From: Malacoraja senta
Lineage: Eukaryota
Assembly: GCA_038087875.1 (NCBI GenBank)
Contig: CM075987.1
Location: 24,802,001 to 24,866,000 of the forward strand
DNA: 64,000 nt
Direction of reading: 5' to 3'
The stretch's first letter is position 1, and every line of letters starts with the position of its first letter. Shown here in pieces: positions 12,488 to 26,891 of this stretch. The position numbers were made by a program, and so were the translations under genes. Under the pieces are notes generated by a model. That model saw nothing but the letters and a program-made list of their open reading frames with translations. It searched no databases and was not told the origin of the DNA.

Positions 12488-14602
12488 TGTCACGGTGTGT
12501 TACGGGTGTCAGGGATTATGGGGAGAAGGCAGGAGAATGGGGTTAGGAGGGAGAGATACATCAGCCGTGGTGGAATGGCGGAGTAGACTTGATTTGCCGA
12601 ATGGCCTAATTCTGCTCCTATGACATGACTTTATGACATGGATATGCATGGACTGTAGGGATATGAATTACATGCAAGAAGAGCAGTTTAACAACTTTAG
12701 ACTTTAGAGATACAGCGTGGAAACATGCCCTTCGGCCCATCGAGTCCTAGCCGACCAGCGATCACTCCGTACACTATCCTACACACAGTAGGGGAGATTT
12801 TTTACAATTTAAACAAGTTAACCTACGAGCCTGTACGTCTTTGGAGTGTGGGAGGAAACCGGAGCACCCGGAGAAAACCCACGCAGTCACAGGGATGAAC
12901 ATACAAACTCCGTGCAGACACCACACACGGTCAGGATCTAACCCAGGTCTCTGGCGCTGAGTGGCAGCAACTCTGCCACTGCGCCGCCCGTTAGTTTCAC
13001 TTGGCAACACGTTCGGCGAGGACCTTGTGTGCCGCAGATACGATAGTGCCGTTTAAGGGGCTTTTTGCAGCAAAGAAATTCGCTGTCTGACTGCAACGCT
13101 GACGATTTAATCCCCCGGACTGAAGCGCGCCAATGGCAACAATAATTGACACTCAATTATTCCGAGCTAATTCCACGTTTAACACCACGGCAGGTCCTCC
13201 GTGTTCCAGACAGCAGAGGTTCCTACCGTAACACTTCATCCTGTCCATTGTGTTTGCCCAAGAAATTGGGAACACAGTGTTCTCGAGCCCTTCGAAATCA
13301 TAAAATACACGGTGGCTGATGGCTTTTACACATGGTATTACTTAGTCTAGCTTTTCCCCCCTCTGCCAGTTGTGGCCAAAGTCAGTTCCCATTGAACGGA
13401 ATGGAGATTTCATACATTCCTACCAATAAATAAGGAAAAAGAGGCATGCTGTCACTCTTGGCTGTTGAAGTGCCCAGCAGTACTGAAACACCATTGTTGT
13501 GCCATAGGCTTAATGTACAACATCCTCTCAGAGAGAGAGAGAGCGGCCTCCGCTGTTCTGTTAGACTGAGGTCAGGCCACAATAAAACGTACTTCCACAG
13601 CAAAGTCACCATGTTCTCTGATTGTCACACGCAATTCAATGTTAATAAATAACATTTTGTACGCAGTCTGTCAATTTCACACCCCCAGTGAATTATGTTT
13701 CGTTTAGAGATACAGCTCCTTCGGCCCACCGAGTCCGCACCGTCCAGCGATCCCCGCACATTAACACGCACCAGGGACAATTTTACATTTACACCAAGTC
13801 AATTAACCTACAAACCTGCACGTCTTTGGAGTGTGGGAGGGAACTGAACATCTCGGAGAAAACCCACGCAGGTCACGGGGAGAACGTACAAACTCCGTAC
13901 CGACAGCACCCGTAGTCGGGATCGAACCTGGGTCTCTGGCACTGTAAGGCCAAGTTTATTACTGCTATTTGATTCTCAAATTCATCTTTTAGGTTTAGGT
14001 TTATTATTGTCACACTTATAGAGTGATACAGAGTGGAAACAGGCCCTTTGGCCTAATTTGCCCACACCGGCCAACATGTCCCAGCTACATTGGTCCCACC
14101 TGCCGGCATTTGGTCCATATCCATCCAAACCTGTCCTATCCATGTACCTGTCGAACTCTTTCTTAAACGTTGTGATGGCATCAACTACCTCCTCTGGCAG
14201 CTTGTTCCATACACCCACCGCCCTTGTGTGAAAACACCTCAGATTCCTATTAAATCTTTTCCCCTTCACCTTAAACCTATGTCCTCTGGTCCTCGATTCA
14301 CCTACTCTGGGCAAGAGACTGTGTACATCTACCCGATCTATTCCTCTTATGATCTTATACACCTATATAAGATCACCCCTCATCCTCCTGCACTCCAAAG
14401 AATAGAGTCACAGCTTGCTCAATTTCTCCCTCTAGCTCAGACCCTCTAGTCCTGGCAACATCCTCATCAATCTCCTCTGTACCCGTTCCAGCTTGACAAT
14501 GTGTTTCCTATAACATGGTGCCCAGAACTAAACACAATACTCTAAATGCGGTCTCACCAACATCTTATACAACTGCAACATGACCTCCCAACTTCTATAC
14601 TC

Positions 14603-15735
14603 CAACATCCACTATAAACCTACTGATTCCCATGGCTATCTGGACTACACTTCTTCCCACCCTGCTCCCTGTAAGGACTCCATCCCCTACTCTCAATTCC
14701 TCCGTCTACGCCGCATCTCCACCCAGGATGAGGTGTTCCACACCAGGGCATCTGAAATGTCCTCATTCTTCACGGAACAGGGGTTCCCCTCCTCCACCAT
14801 AGATGAGGCTCGTGCCAGGGTCTCTTACATACCCCGCAACACTGCTCTCTCTCCCCATCCTCCCACTCGCAACAAGGGCAGAGCCCCCTAGTCCTCACCT
14901 TCACCCCACCAGCCGTCACATACAACAAGTAATCCCTCCGTCATATTCGCCACCTCCAACGTGACCCCACCACTCGCCACATCTTCCCATCTCCCCCCAT
15001 GTCTGCCTTCCGCAAAGACCGCTCCCTCCGTAATTCCCTTGTCAATTCTTCCCTTCCCTCCCGTACCACCCCCTCCCCGGGCACTTTCCCTTGCAACCGC
15101 AAGAGATGCAACACTTGTCCCTTCACCTCTCCCCTCGACTCCATTCAAGGACCCAAGCAGTCGTTCCAGGTGCGACAGAGGTTCACCTGCATCTCCTCCA
15201 ACCTCATCTATTGCATCCGCTGCTCTAGATGCCAGCTGATCTACATCGGTGAGACCAAGCGGAGGCTTGGCGATCGTTTCGCCGAACACCTCCGCTCGGT
15301 CCGCAATAACCAACCTGACCTCCCGGTGGCTCAGCACTTCAACTCCCCCTCCCATTCCGTATCCGACCTCTCTGTCCTGGGTCTCCTCCATGGCCAGAGC
15401 GAGCAACACCGGAAATTGGAGGAACGGCACCTCATATTCCGCTTGGGGAGTCTGCATCCTGGGGGCATGAACATTGAATTCTCCCAATTCTGTTAGCCCT
15501 TACTGTCTCCTCCCCTTCCTCAGCCCTCGGGCTGTCTCCTCCCATCCCTCAGCCCTCGGGCTCCTCCTCCGCCTTTTTCCTTTTGTTCTCCCCACCCCCC
15601 ATCAGTCTGAAGAAGGGTTTCGGCCCGAAACGTTGCCTATTTCCTTCGCTCCATAGATGCTGCTGCACCCGCTGAGTTTCTCCAGCATTTTTGTGTACCT
15701 TCGATTTTCCAGCATCTGCAGTTCCTTCTTAAACA
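14603..15735 (+). mobile_element. Penelope-like retroelement 3' portion: RT thumb, Cys-rich linker, GIY-YIG endonuclease and hammerhead-bearing terminal repeat
   Basis: Thumb reads HYKPTDSHGYLDYTSSHP..CKDSIPYSQFLRLRRI; linker CNRKRCNTC; endonuclease NLIYCIRC..C.LIYIGETKRRLGDRFAEH. 10-bp TSD TTCTATACTC (14593-14602, 15736-15745). Confidence 0.9.
15607..15634 (+). ncRNA. Minimal hammerhead ribozyme motif directly downstream of the GIY-YIG ORF
   Basis: CTGAAGA-AGGGTT-TC-GGCCC-GAAAC-GTT. Helix II pairing is retained through G-U pairs. Confidence 0.68.
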
Positions 15736-16883
15736 TTCTATACTCAATACTCTGGCTGATGAAGGCCGATGTGCCAAAATCTTTTTTGACCACCCGATCT
15801 ACCTGCGACTCCACCGTACGGGAACTATACACCTGCACTCCTGGATCTCTCTGTTCTACAACACTAGCAAGAGCCCTACCATTGACTGTGTGCACTGAGA
15901 TGCCGAGACAATTTAAGTTTTGCATGCTCACTGACCAAATCAGATAATGCGATACAGTGATTGAACCAAGCCAGACTCAAATATAAGACAAAGATACAGA
16001 GTGCAGAATATAACTCTCAACATTATGGTAAAACAATTTCAGAGACAGAGCCTGATGTCCAAACTGGGGTCGAGGTGAATCGGACAATACCCCAACTTAC
16101 GGAAGGGCTGTCGAGGTGACACGAGGGGCTCAGCAGTAGAGTTGCTGCCTTACAGTGCCAGAGACCCAGGTTTGATCCTGACTACGGGTGCTGTCTGTAC
16201 GGAGTTTGTACGTCCTCCCACCCACCGCGTGGGTTTTTCTCCGGGTGCTCCATTTTCCTCCCACGCTCCAAAGACGTGCAGGTTTGTACGTTAATTGGCT
16301 TCGGTAAAATTATAAATTCTCCCCAGTGTGTGCAGGATAGTGCTAGTGCACGGGAATCGCTGGTCGGCGCGGACTCGGTGGGCTGAAGGGCTGGTTTTCG
16401 CGTAGTATCTCCAAACTAAAGAAGACTGTACAAAAGTCAGATAACAGAGAGGAAGCAGCCATTCCTGTCTGGCAGTGGTTGCTTTCAAACTTCTGTCCCT
16501 TCCGATGGACAGGGGCAGTGAGAAGAAGGAATGATTTGGGTGAGACTAGTCTTTGATTATGTTGGCTGCTTTTCCAAGGCAAAATGTAGATGGAGTCGTT
16601 GGTCTGTGTGAAGGACTGGGCTACATCTTAAGTTCCATTTTTATTTAGCTCACTTCCAATTCTGCAGCTTCAAGTGCACTGCTGTTTGAACCCTTGTATG
16701 CTCTTCCGGTGTGTGCTATGTAAAGAATCATTTTGCTTTCAACAGCATTCTTTACATTGCCCGCCATCGAATCATTATGATTAATGGATGCAAGTTAATT
16801 GATTGGCGCGTTGGCTTTGATGTTCCCGTAACCGACTTCCACGGCCGATTTTGTGGACCGGTATCCCAGCACTCCCCAGACCA

Positions 16884-17212
16884 AGGCGGCACGGTGGCAC
16901 ATCGGTAGAGTCACTGCCTTACAACTCCTGCAGCGCTGGAGACCCGGGTTCGATCCCGACTACGGGTGCCCGCTGTACCGAGTTCGTACCTTCTCCCCGT
17001 CACCTGCGTGGGTTTTCTCCGGGATCTTCGGTCTCCTCCCACACTCCACAGTCGTACAGGTTTGTAGGTTAATTGGCTTGGTATAAGTGTAAATTGTCCC
17101 AAGTGTGTGTAGGATAGTGTTGATGTGCGGGGATCGCTGGTCGGTGCGGACTCGGTGTGCGGAAGGGCCTGTGTCTGCGCTGTATCTCTAAACTAAACTA
17201 AACTAAACTAAA
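16884..17212 (+). mobile_element. Full-length tRNA-derived SINE (HE1/V-SINE-like), representative of over 20 copies (e.g. 765-1022, 2585-2890, 6355-7070, 12695-12990, 13700-13950, 16120-16420, 20330-20625, 21652-21975, 24722-25020, 28490-28780, 31345-31650, 36505-36765, 39270-39605, 40440-40715, 52790-53100, 58885-59180)
   Basis: Family consensus has A-box TGGCGCAGCGG, B-box GGTTCGATCC, central GGTTTCCTCCCACACTCCAAAGAC, CR1-like tail GGGCCGAAGGGCCTGTTTCC and (AAACT)n. Confidence 0.88.
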
Positions 17213-17684
17213 CTGTGACCTCTGTTGGTCCGGTCAATCCAATACTACAGCAAGGCTTTGGAACCAATGGTGCCAGAAAATCGGTGGTGGACCGGTATAC
17301 TTTGGGATGAAAAGCTCTCAGCAACTGCAAACCTGAGTTTTCTTTTCTCTTTCTCCTTTTAGTTTAGTTTAGTTTATTGTCACGTGTACCGAGGTACAGT
17401 GAAAAGCTTTTGTTGTGTGCTAACCAGTCAGCGCAACGACAATACATCATTGCAATTGAGCCGTGCACAGTGTACAGAGACATGGTGAAGGGAACAACGC
17501 GAATAAGGTTGAGTGCAAGACAGTAAAGTCAGATCAAAGATAGGCCGAGCATCTCCAATGCGGTAGGTAGTAGATCAGGATTGATCTCTTCCTGTGGTAG
17601 GATGATGAGTCATAATTTTACAAGATTCAATCGAGCCATGACCTGCCACGAGTTACTCCGGCATTTGTGTCTAAACCAGAGTTA

Positions 17685-18440
17685 ACCATATAACCATATA
17701 ACAATTACAGCATGGACACAGGAGATCTCGGCCCTTCTAGTCCGTGCCGAACACTTATTCTCACCTAGTCCCATCTACCTGCACTCAGACCATAACCCTC
17801 CATTCCTTTCCCGTCCATGTACCTATCCAATCTAGTTTTAAATGATAAAATCGAACCTGCCTTCACCACTTCCACTGGAAGCTCATTCCACACAGCTATC
17901 ACTCTCTGAGTAAAGAGGTTCCCCCTCATGTTACCCCTAAACTTCTGTCCCTTAATTCTCAAATCATGTCCTCTTGTTTGAATCTTCCCTACTCTCAATG
18001 GAAAAAGCTTATCCACGTCAACTCTGTCTATCCCTCTCATCATTTTAAAGACCTCTATCAAGTCCCCCCTTAACCTTCTGCGCTCCAAAGAATAAAGACC
18101 TAACTTGTTCAACCTTTCTCTGTAACTTAGTTGCTGAAACCCAGGCAACATTCTAGTAAATCTCCTCTGTACTCTCTCTATTTTGTTGACATCTTTCCTA
18201 TAATTTGGCGACCAAAACTGTACACCATGCTCCAGAATTGGCATCACCAATGCCTTGTACAATTTTATCATTACATCCCAACTTCTATACTCAATGCTCT
18301 GATTTATAAAGGCCAGCACACCAAAAGCTTTCTTTACCACCCTATCTAGATGAGATTCCACCTTCAGGGAACTATGCACAGTTATTCCTAGATCCCTCTG
18401 TTCAACTGCATTCCTCAATTCGCTACCATTTACCATGTAC
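17685..18440 (-). mobile_element. CR1 3' fragment (distinct subfamily) with an open 223-aa ORF2 C-terminus
   Basis: ORF 17765..18436 reads QRDLG...QFWSP...GRWD-stop, followed by a 3'UTR and short-repeat tail. Confidence 0.88.
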
Positions 18441-18624
18441 GGCCTATTTCAGTTTGTCTTCAGCTAAGTAGGACCTTTGAGGTTCAACAGCCACAACAAA
18501 TGCACCAGACAGACTGAGAATTAGTTGGGAATGCAGGGAGAATAGACACTTCTTTCCACAAATGCAGAGTGGGGATCTTGGTACAGGAGGTAATGCGTTC
18601 ACGCCAATGAAGTGGTAATGTCCT

Positions 18625-19040
18625 TCCCATTCCCCACACTGACCTTTCTGTCCTCGGACTCCTCCATTGTCAGTGTGAAGCCCAGCGCAAATTTGAGGAA
18701 CAGCATCTCATATTTTGCTTGGGCAGCTTACAGCCCATTGGTATGAATATTGATTTCTTTAACTTCAGGTAATCCCCGGCATTCCCTCTCTCTCTCCATC
18801 CCTCTCCCACCCAAGTCGCGTTTTCACCCAACAGATACCAATGACCTGTTTCCTTTATCATCGTTACCATTTTGCATAACTTTCATTCATTGTTCTTTAT
18901 CTCTCTAGGTCATCGTCTATATCTCTTGTTTCCCTTTCCCCTAACCAGTCTGTAGAAGGGTCTCGACCCGCAACGTCACCCATTCCCTCTATCCAGAGAT
19001 CTTTCCCTGTCCCGCTGAGTTATTCCAGCACTTTGTGTCT
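18625..19040 (+). mobile_element. Penelope-like 3' fragment
   Basis: Same GIY-YIG C-terminus and terminal repeat as 8630-9103. Confidence 0.8.
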
Positions 19041-20668
19041 ATTGAATGGGAATGTGTAAGCTTTGGCTAAAAGGAGAGCCAAGCAGCTGAACACAAGACA
19101 CTCCTGGGAGGAGGAATCGCAGATGTGTGTCCAAAGCATGCAGATGTTGTTTACTGAGGGAACTGAGAGAACTGAAGAAGGGTCTTGACCCTTCGCGAAA
19201 CGTCACCTGTCCATGTTCTCCAGAGATTTTTCCCTTACCCCGCTGAGTTCCTCCAGCACTTTGTGTCCTTTTGAACTGCAGATGCTGGTTTAAATCGAAG
19301 ATAGACACAAAAATCTGGAGTAACTCAGCGGATCAGGCAGCATCTCTGTAGAAAAGGAATATATGATGTTTTTGGTCATAGAAAATAGGTGCAGGATTAG
19401 GCCATTTGACCCATCGGGCTAGCACCACCATTCAATATGATCATGGGTGATCATCTAAAATCAGTACCCCGTTCCTGCTTTCTCCCCATAACCTTTGATT
19501 CCATTAGCCCTAAGAGCTATATCTAACTCTCTCTTGAATACATCCAGTAAATTGACCTCCACTGCTTTCTGTGGCAGAGAATTCCACAGATTCACAACTC
19601 TCTGGTGAACACATTACTCCTCATCTCAGTCCTAAATGGCCTACCTCTTATCTTAAACTGTGACCCCAGGTTCTGGACTCCCCCAACATCGGGAACATGT
19701 TTCCTGAGTCAAGCCTGTCCAATTCCTTAAGACTTTTATATGTTTCTATAAGATTCCCTCTCATCCTTCTAATCCTTCTCGGACACATCTTCCGATGCTG
19801 GATGCTTTGAGGCAGGAATACAATGATAAGCAGAGCGAATTAAAAAAGCGCTGGTGATATCACAGCAGGTCTGCATTTACAATTTATTAGAAGGAACTGT
19901 AGATGCTGGTTTTCACCAAAGCTGGAATGCTGTAAATGCTGGAGGAACCCGCCCAACCCCACTGTGTTATTTCAGCACTTTGCGTCTTCTTCTGCGGCTG
20001 CTTGGACCACCTCCACATTGTAGGTTGGATATTGCCCCAGAAATGTTTCTTCAGGCAAAGAACCATGGGAAACACATGATAGACACAACAAGCTGGAGTA
20101 ACTCAGCGGGGCAGGCAGCATCTCTGCATAGAAGGAATGGGTTGGCGTTTTGGGCCTAGACCCTTCTTCAGCAAGCCCAGCTTAATGTGGCAGAGTTGGA
20201 AGGAGAAGAGGGTGACTTCAAAAAAGGACAGTGGGGAAGAGGAGAGGAGATGGAGTCAACCAGCTTTTTGTGTCTATCCAGAGATTGTCAAAAGTGATTT
20301 CATGATATTTAGTAAAGTATCATTAGTTCTTTAGTTTAGTTTAGAGATACAGCGTTGAAACAGGCCCTTCGGCCCACCGGGGTCCAGGCCGACCAGCGAT
20401 TCACTATCCTACACACACTAGGGACAATTTTTACATTTACCAAGCCAATTAACCTACGTCTTTGGAGTGTGGGAGGAAACTGAAGATCTTGGAGAAAACC
20501 CACGCAGGTCACGGGGAGAAGGTACAAACTCCGTACAGACAGCACCCGTAGTCGGGATCGAACCCGGGTCTCCGGCGCTGCATTCGCTGTAAGGCAGCAA
20601 CTTTACCGCTGCGCCACCATGACCGCTGTAATTACTGTAGTAGTTGACCAGACTTATTAGCCCCAGGT

Positions 20669-20884
20669 AGACAAAAATGCTGGAGAAACTCAGCGGGTGA
20701 GGCAGCATCTATGGAGCGGAAAAACGTTCGGGCCAAAACCACTTCTTCAGACTCATTGCCTCATTCACAGACCGAAACCTGCCTATTTCCTGTGCCCCAT
20801 AGATGCTGCCTCACCCGCTGAGTTTCTCCAGCATTTTTTGTCTACCTTTGATTTTCCAGCATCTGCAGTTCCTTCTAAAAAACC
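20669..20884. mobile_element. Penelope-like terminal repeat, inverted pair
   Basis: Inverted arms. Direct repeat TATTAGCCCCAGGT at 20655-20668 and 20885-20898. Confidence 0.82.
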
Positions 20885-21060
20885 TATTAGCCCCAGGTTA
20901 GTGTTTATCTCAGCTGTTTGCTTTACACCTGAGATACACAGGAGAAAATGATGGTCAAGAACATGTAAGATATTGTGACAATGTCCATGTGAAGACAATG
21001 GACCATTGTGGACCATTCTGTCCCTTCCCACCCTCTAGTTTCCCCCTACCAGACATCAGT

Positions 21061-21088
21061 CTGAAGAAGGGTCTCGACCCGAAACGTC
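21061..21088 (+). ncRNA. Minimal type-I hammerhead ribozyme motif (best copy) in a Penelope-like terminal repeat
   Basis: CTGAAGA, helix II (A)GGGTC-TC-GACCC, GAAAC, then GTC. The palindrome ACGT replaces helix III. Confidence 0.7.
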
Positions 21089-23154
21089 ACCTATTCCTGT
21101 TCTCCAGAGATGCTGCCTGACCCGCTGAGTTACTCCAACATATTGTGTCTGTCCAACACACAGTATTTATAATTACAAGGGTGATAAGATTGCAGAATAG
21201 AATATTTAATAGGATGTGACTGAGACCAACTAGAGAACCGGTCTACCCTGATCTTTAGTGGATGGGGTAAATATTTCAGATTATACCATAAAGCTCTGTG
21301 AACTAAGCAGCTAAGGGATGCAGTGGATTTATAGTTGAATTGACATATTGAATTTAAACAGTTACCCGATTATATAATGTTATTTGTCTAAATAGTATAA
21401 TTGAAATTGAAATGCAGAACAGGAAGACGGATCAGCCCTGATTGAATGGTGGAGTAGCCTGGATGGGCCGAATGGCCTAATTCTGCTCCTAGAACATAAA
21501 CTTATGACTTAATTTATGTGCATGAGGGGAAACATATCATCACAAAAAAAAATCATTTATTCATTACAATATTGTCTACATTATAAAGGGCTTCCCTCAG
21601 TTACATGTTGGTGGCAACGATTGATCTAACAATTGGAAAGAGGCAGGTACTTTTAGTTTAGTTTAGTTCAGAGATACAGCACGGAAACATGCCCTTCGGC
21701 CCACCAGGGCCGCGCCGACCAGCGATCCCCGCACATTAACACTATCCTACACCCGCTAGGGACAATTTTTACATTTACCAAGCCAATTAACCTGCAAACC
21801 TGTACGTCTTTGGAGTGTGGGAGGAAACCGAAGATCTCGGAGAAAACCAACGCAGGTCACGTGGAGGAGGTACAAATCTCTGTCCAGACAGCACCCGTAG
21901 TCGGGATCGAACCCGGGTCTCCGGCGCTGCATTCACTGTAAGGCAGCAACTCTACCGCTGCGCCACCGTGACTGCCCGTGTCAAATAGACATGACCTTTA
22001 AATGCACAAGACACTGTCTATTCTGCGGGTGCAAAATAATACTGTACATTGAACGAATGAAGCTGAAACAGGAATCAATAATAAAGGCGCCTACAGTCAG
22101 TGGAAGTTGATCATTTGGCTCCTCATACAGTTCAATGATCCATCATTCAATAATTTAATTGCTGATTTATTACCTTTGCCACACCTGCTGTAAAATCCCA
22201 ACCACTTGATTACCTTAACAACTAAAAAACTATTGATGTTTAGTTTAGTTTAGAAATACATCATGGAAACTGAACATGGAATACAGCATGGAGCCTTCCA
22301 AGACAGTCAGCCATTGATCGCCCATTCACATTAGATCTATGTGATCCCACTTTTTCATCCACTCCTGCACATTAGGGGCAATTTACAGAGGCGAATCATG
22401 GCGGCACGCTGGCGCAGCGGTAGAGTTTTTGCCTCACAGCGCCAGAGAACCGAGTTCAATCCTGACTACAGGTGCTGTCTGTACCGAGTTTGTACGTTCT
22501 CCCGTGACCGCGTGGGTTTTCTCCGAGATCTGTCCTATCCATGTACCTGTCTAACTGTTTCTTAAACGTTGGGATAGTCCCTGCCTCAACTACCTCCTCC
22601 GGCAGCTCGTTCCACACGCCCACCACCCTTTGTGTGGTAAAGTTACCCCTCAGATTCCTATTAAAATGTTTTATCCCTTAACCTTATTAAGTTGCATGAG
22701 TTCAACTAATGTCTGTGACAAGGGTCCTGGCACTTAGCAAAGAGCACAATCTCACTCTACATCCTGAATTCCCAATGCAGAAAGAGATGAAATTCATCAC
22801 CATAAAATCATTTGTTATTCATTTTTTATTGACATTTGATTGCACCACAAATCTCTGCCTCCCAAACAGAGGTCAAGATGAGATAGCAAACTCGGGTTTT
22901 CCTTTCCATTTCAATCACAAGAGATAACAGGAGCCAATGACTTTTAATTAGCCTTGAATAAGTGCATGGTAGACATAATAAATACAGGCAATGGACCTTA
23001 ATGGCGATCCTGGGTAACATTCCTCTCTCCGTGAAGCCATTACGCATATAGTTTGGGAAATCTGATGCATGGCTGGCTCATCCATCAGTTTTATTGGGTA
23101 AAATGGAAGTGCTATTAGTTTTGTTATAGCCTTCAGTTCTCTGGACTTGACTTC

Positions 23155-23429
23155 ATACACGCCCACACATACACACACAAACATGCACACGCACATACAC
23201 ACAAACATGCACACACACACATACACGCACACCCACACATACACGCACACACACATACAAGCACACCCACACATACATGCACACACACATACACGCACAC
23301 CCACACATACACACACACATATACATACACGCACACACACACGCACACACACGCACACACACACAAACATGCACACACACATACACGCACACCCACATAT
23401 AAACACACACACACACACACGCACGCACG

Positions 23430-23517
<88 letters not shown>

Positions 23518-23526
23518 TATATATAT
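23155..23526. repeat. Degenerate (CA)n-rich microsatellite, ~370 bp
   Basis: Directly visible. Confidence 0.95.
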
Positions 23527-24128
23527 CGGCTCCCGATGTGAACTATTGCATTTACAGTCATAGAGTGATACAGTGTGAAAACAGGCCCTTCAACTCAACT
23601 TGCCCACTCCGGCCAACATGTCTCATCTACACTGGTCCCACCTGCCTGCGTTGGGTCCAAATCCCTCTAAACCTGAGCTATCCATGTACCTGTCTAAATG
23701 TATCTCTCATAATTTCTCTCATAATTTTGCACACCTTTATAAGATCACCCCTTATCCTGCTGTGCTTCAAGGAATAGAGTCCTAGCCTGCTCAACCTCTC
23801 CCTATAGCTCAAGCACTCGAGTCCTGGCAACATCCTCGTAAATCTTCTCTGCACCCATTAACATCTTCTCTGCACCCTTTAAAAATGTTGTGTAACAATA
23901 TACGGTTAAACCTCAATCATTATTTGCCCCGTGATGGCATTAGCTTTACTGAGAGTAAACTTAGAAAGGTAGTCACCATTTTACAGCTCTGACCTCTGAT
24001 TAGATTTTGACTCTTCAAACTATTGGGGGGGGAAATTTTCAGTTATTTTGCTACTGTTCCATGCAGATGTGCATCAGCTGTTTGCCATGTAACTTTGCAA
24101 GCCTTAAGCCTCGCCAGTATGTGACTTA

Positions 24129-24365
24129 AGGGCCTGTCCCACTTACGCGTCCTTGGCTCACAAATTACGCGACCTTGTGGTCGCTTGAGGCGTACGGGCA
24201 CCGTATGGCCGCGCGGGGGCCAGTCCCACTTAGAAGCGCAGAGGGGTATGGAGTTGTGCGGGGCCGGTCCCGACATCGCGCGGCGCTCCGAAATTCTTGC
24301 AGTGATCTAAATCCTCGCGCGCCAACGGCCTGTCGCGGAACTGACGGCCAAAGTGGGACAGGCCC
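24129..24365. mobile_element. PIF/Harbinger-type MITE, family C (right end uncertain)
   Basis: TTA|AGGGCCTGTCCCACTT ... AAGTGGGACAGGCCC, with an internal TIR-like copy near 24217-24231. No right TSD. Confidence 0.7.
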
Positions 24366-26546
24366 AAGACCCTGGCGCAACGCAACGTCTCACCTCCAAC
24401 GGCAAACGATCGCCCAACTCGACCTGGGGCTCACGGCCGTTGTGGATCCGGATCCACCCCCACTTCTACTCCCAGAGCGGGGCCAAGAAAATTGAAGATG
24501 GACACAAAATGCTGGAGTAACTCAGCGGGACCGGCAGCATCTCTGGAGAGAAGGAATGGGTGACGTTTCGGATCGAGACCCTTCTTCAGCCTTAAGCCAC
24601 GCCAGTGAGTGAATAGCTAGGCTGTCACGGTGCTTCCCAGGTTTGCTACTTTCAGCACTGCGCAGAACCATTTTGTTTGGCATGTGACTTTTACAGATTG
24701 GAAGCAACAACTGAACACATTGGCGGCACGGTGGCGCAGTGGTCGAGTCGCTGCCTCGCAGCGCCAGAGACCCGGGTTCGATCCTGACTGCGGACGCTGT
24801 CTGTACAGAGTTTGTACGTTCTCCCTGTGACCTGCGTGGGTTTCCTCCGAGATCTCCGGTTTCCTCCCACACTCCAAAGACGTACAGGTACAGGTGAACG
24901 TTAATTGGCTTGGTGTAAATGTAATTATATATTGTTCGTAGTGTGCATAGGATAGTATTTGTGTGCAATGATTGCTGGTCATTGGGTGGGCCGAAGGGCC
25001 TGTTTCCGCGCTGTATCTCTCCAGGCACAGGGCTCCGTGCATACCCACAGACATATTTTCAAGGTCGAAGCGTGCCCAATAAGTAAGTGAGATTCGGAGA
25101 ATGTATGCAGAGGCTGGTCTGCCTCTGTACACGGGGCAAAGGTGAGGAATAATTTGATTCAGAAAGCTTGCCAGTCGCAGTGAGGCATTTACGTGGAGAT
25201 GATGAACGATGCAAGACTTCCAACTCTTCCACACACGGCAACGACGTGCACTGTGCAGGAAGGGAACTGCAGATGCTGGGTTAAAACCGGCGATAGACAC
25301 AAAGTGCTGGAGTAACTCAGTGGGACAGGCAGCATCTCTGGAGAGAAGGAACGGCTGGTGTTTCGGGTCGAGGCCCTTCTTCGGGCTGAGAGTCGGGGAG
25401 AGGGAAATGAGGGATATGGAAGGGTACAAAGAGCATGTACGGCATGAATCGCAGAGCGGGAACAGTGAGAGAGGCCTGAAGACTGCAACGACCAGGTTCA
25501 GGAATAGCTACTTCCCCACAGCCATCAGGCTATTAAACTCGGCTCGGACAAAACTCTGAACATTAATAGCCCGTTATCTATGTATTTGCATTTTATCAGT
25601 TTATTTATTCATGTGTGTATATATTTATACAATGGTATATGGACACACTGATCTATTCTGTATTCATGCCTACTATGTTCTGTTGTGCTGAAGCAAAGCA
25701 AGAATTTCATTGTCCTATCAGGGACACATGACAAGAAACTCTCTTGAATCTTGTTGCAGAACTCTCGTTGGAGAGAGGAGGAGAACTTGTTCAAAGTAGA
25801 CGCACCTTGAGGAGATTTCGCAGTGGAGCGGTCAAAATTTGTATGCATTTTGACAGTGACAGTAAGACATGATGGCAGCTTGGGTGTGGAATTTATGGGT
25901 TAAAGAATCGTGTAGCCAATATGAAACAGTTGCTCTGTTAATCGAGATAAGAATCTGGAGATTTGTAATTTACCAGAGGATATGCTCGACTTCTGTGAAG
26001 TTGTGTAAATAGCTCTTCATTAAAGTATCCGTGGTACGCTGGTAACCTTTAACACAATCAGTTGTCTGTTTGTTATTTAGAAAGATTGCAAACAAAGACA
26101 AGCCAGAGCAAAAATAAATGGACTGATCATTAAGGCGATGGAGTCTGAGTAATCATTCACAAGATCGGAGATGTGCGGGAAGAATGAGAAGCAGTGGATG
26201 TGACTGCAATATTGGAAACACAGATACAGTTGAATGTGCTTGGGGATGGTTGCTTCTCTATGTTGCAACCTTTTAATGAATCAGCAAGTTATCTGCTTTA
26301 TTGCTCAGCAGGCAAGATATCTGTGGGAGGAAGATATTGCCAAACAATAGCCAGCAACGAGGCTGATATGCGGAAGACTAGAGGTGCTGGACCTAAGCCA
26401 GGGGCCACAGTTTAAGAATAAGGGGCAGACCATTTAGGACTGAGATGAGGACAAACTTTTTCACCCCGAGAGTTGTGAATCTGCGGAATTCTCTGCCACT
26501 GAAGACGGTGGAGGCCAATTCACTGGATATTTTCAAGAGAGAGTTA

Positions 26547-26867
26547 AGGGCCTGTCCCACTGGACGAGGTAATTTAAGAGCTCTCCCGAGTTAAAAAAAA
26601 AATCAAATTTGTGGTAAGCACGTAGAATGTACGTAGCGGGTATGTCGGAGCTCGGGGACGTCTCTTAGCGGCTCGTAACGCTAACGGCAGGTACTCGCAG
26701 GGAAACGCGGTAAGCTCGGGAAGACTCGTGAAGATTTTTCAACATGTTGAAAAATGTCCACGAGAGCCCCGAGTACCGACGAGCGGCTATTACCGTAATT
26801 CTCCGAGTTCGAATCAGGGGAAACTCGGGAGAGCTCTTGAATCAGCTCGTACAGTGGGACAGGCCCT
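26547..26867. mobile_element. PIF/Harbinger-type MITE, family A, inserted in a CR1 3' end
   Basis: TIR AGGGCCTGTCCCACTG with TTA TSD. Excision restores CR1 sequence AAGAGAGAGTTAGATAGAGCT. Confidence 0.88.
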
Positions 26868-26891
26868 TTAGATAGAGCTCTTAGGGCTAAC

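Larger units (their letters stand above)
13990..15895 (-). mobile_element. CR1 (HER1-like subfamily) 3' fragment interrupted by a Penelope-like insertion at 14603-15735
   Basis: ORF2 C-terminus YKIIRGIDRVD...GRWD. The tail GGCCAAAGGGCCTGTTTCC is shared with the SINEs. Sequence resumes after the duplicated TTCTATACTC. Confidence 0.85.

Noticed and set aside
16884..16960. tRNA genes
   Set aside because: A/B boxes belong to SINE heads that continue into SINE body and tail; no complete cloverleaf.
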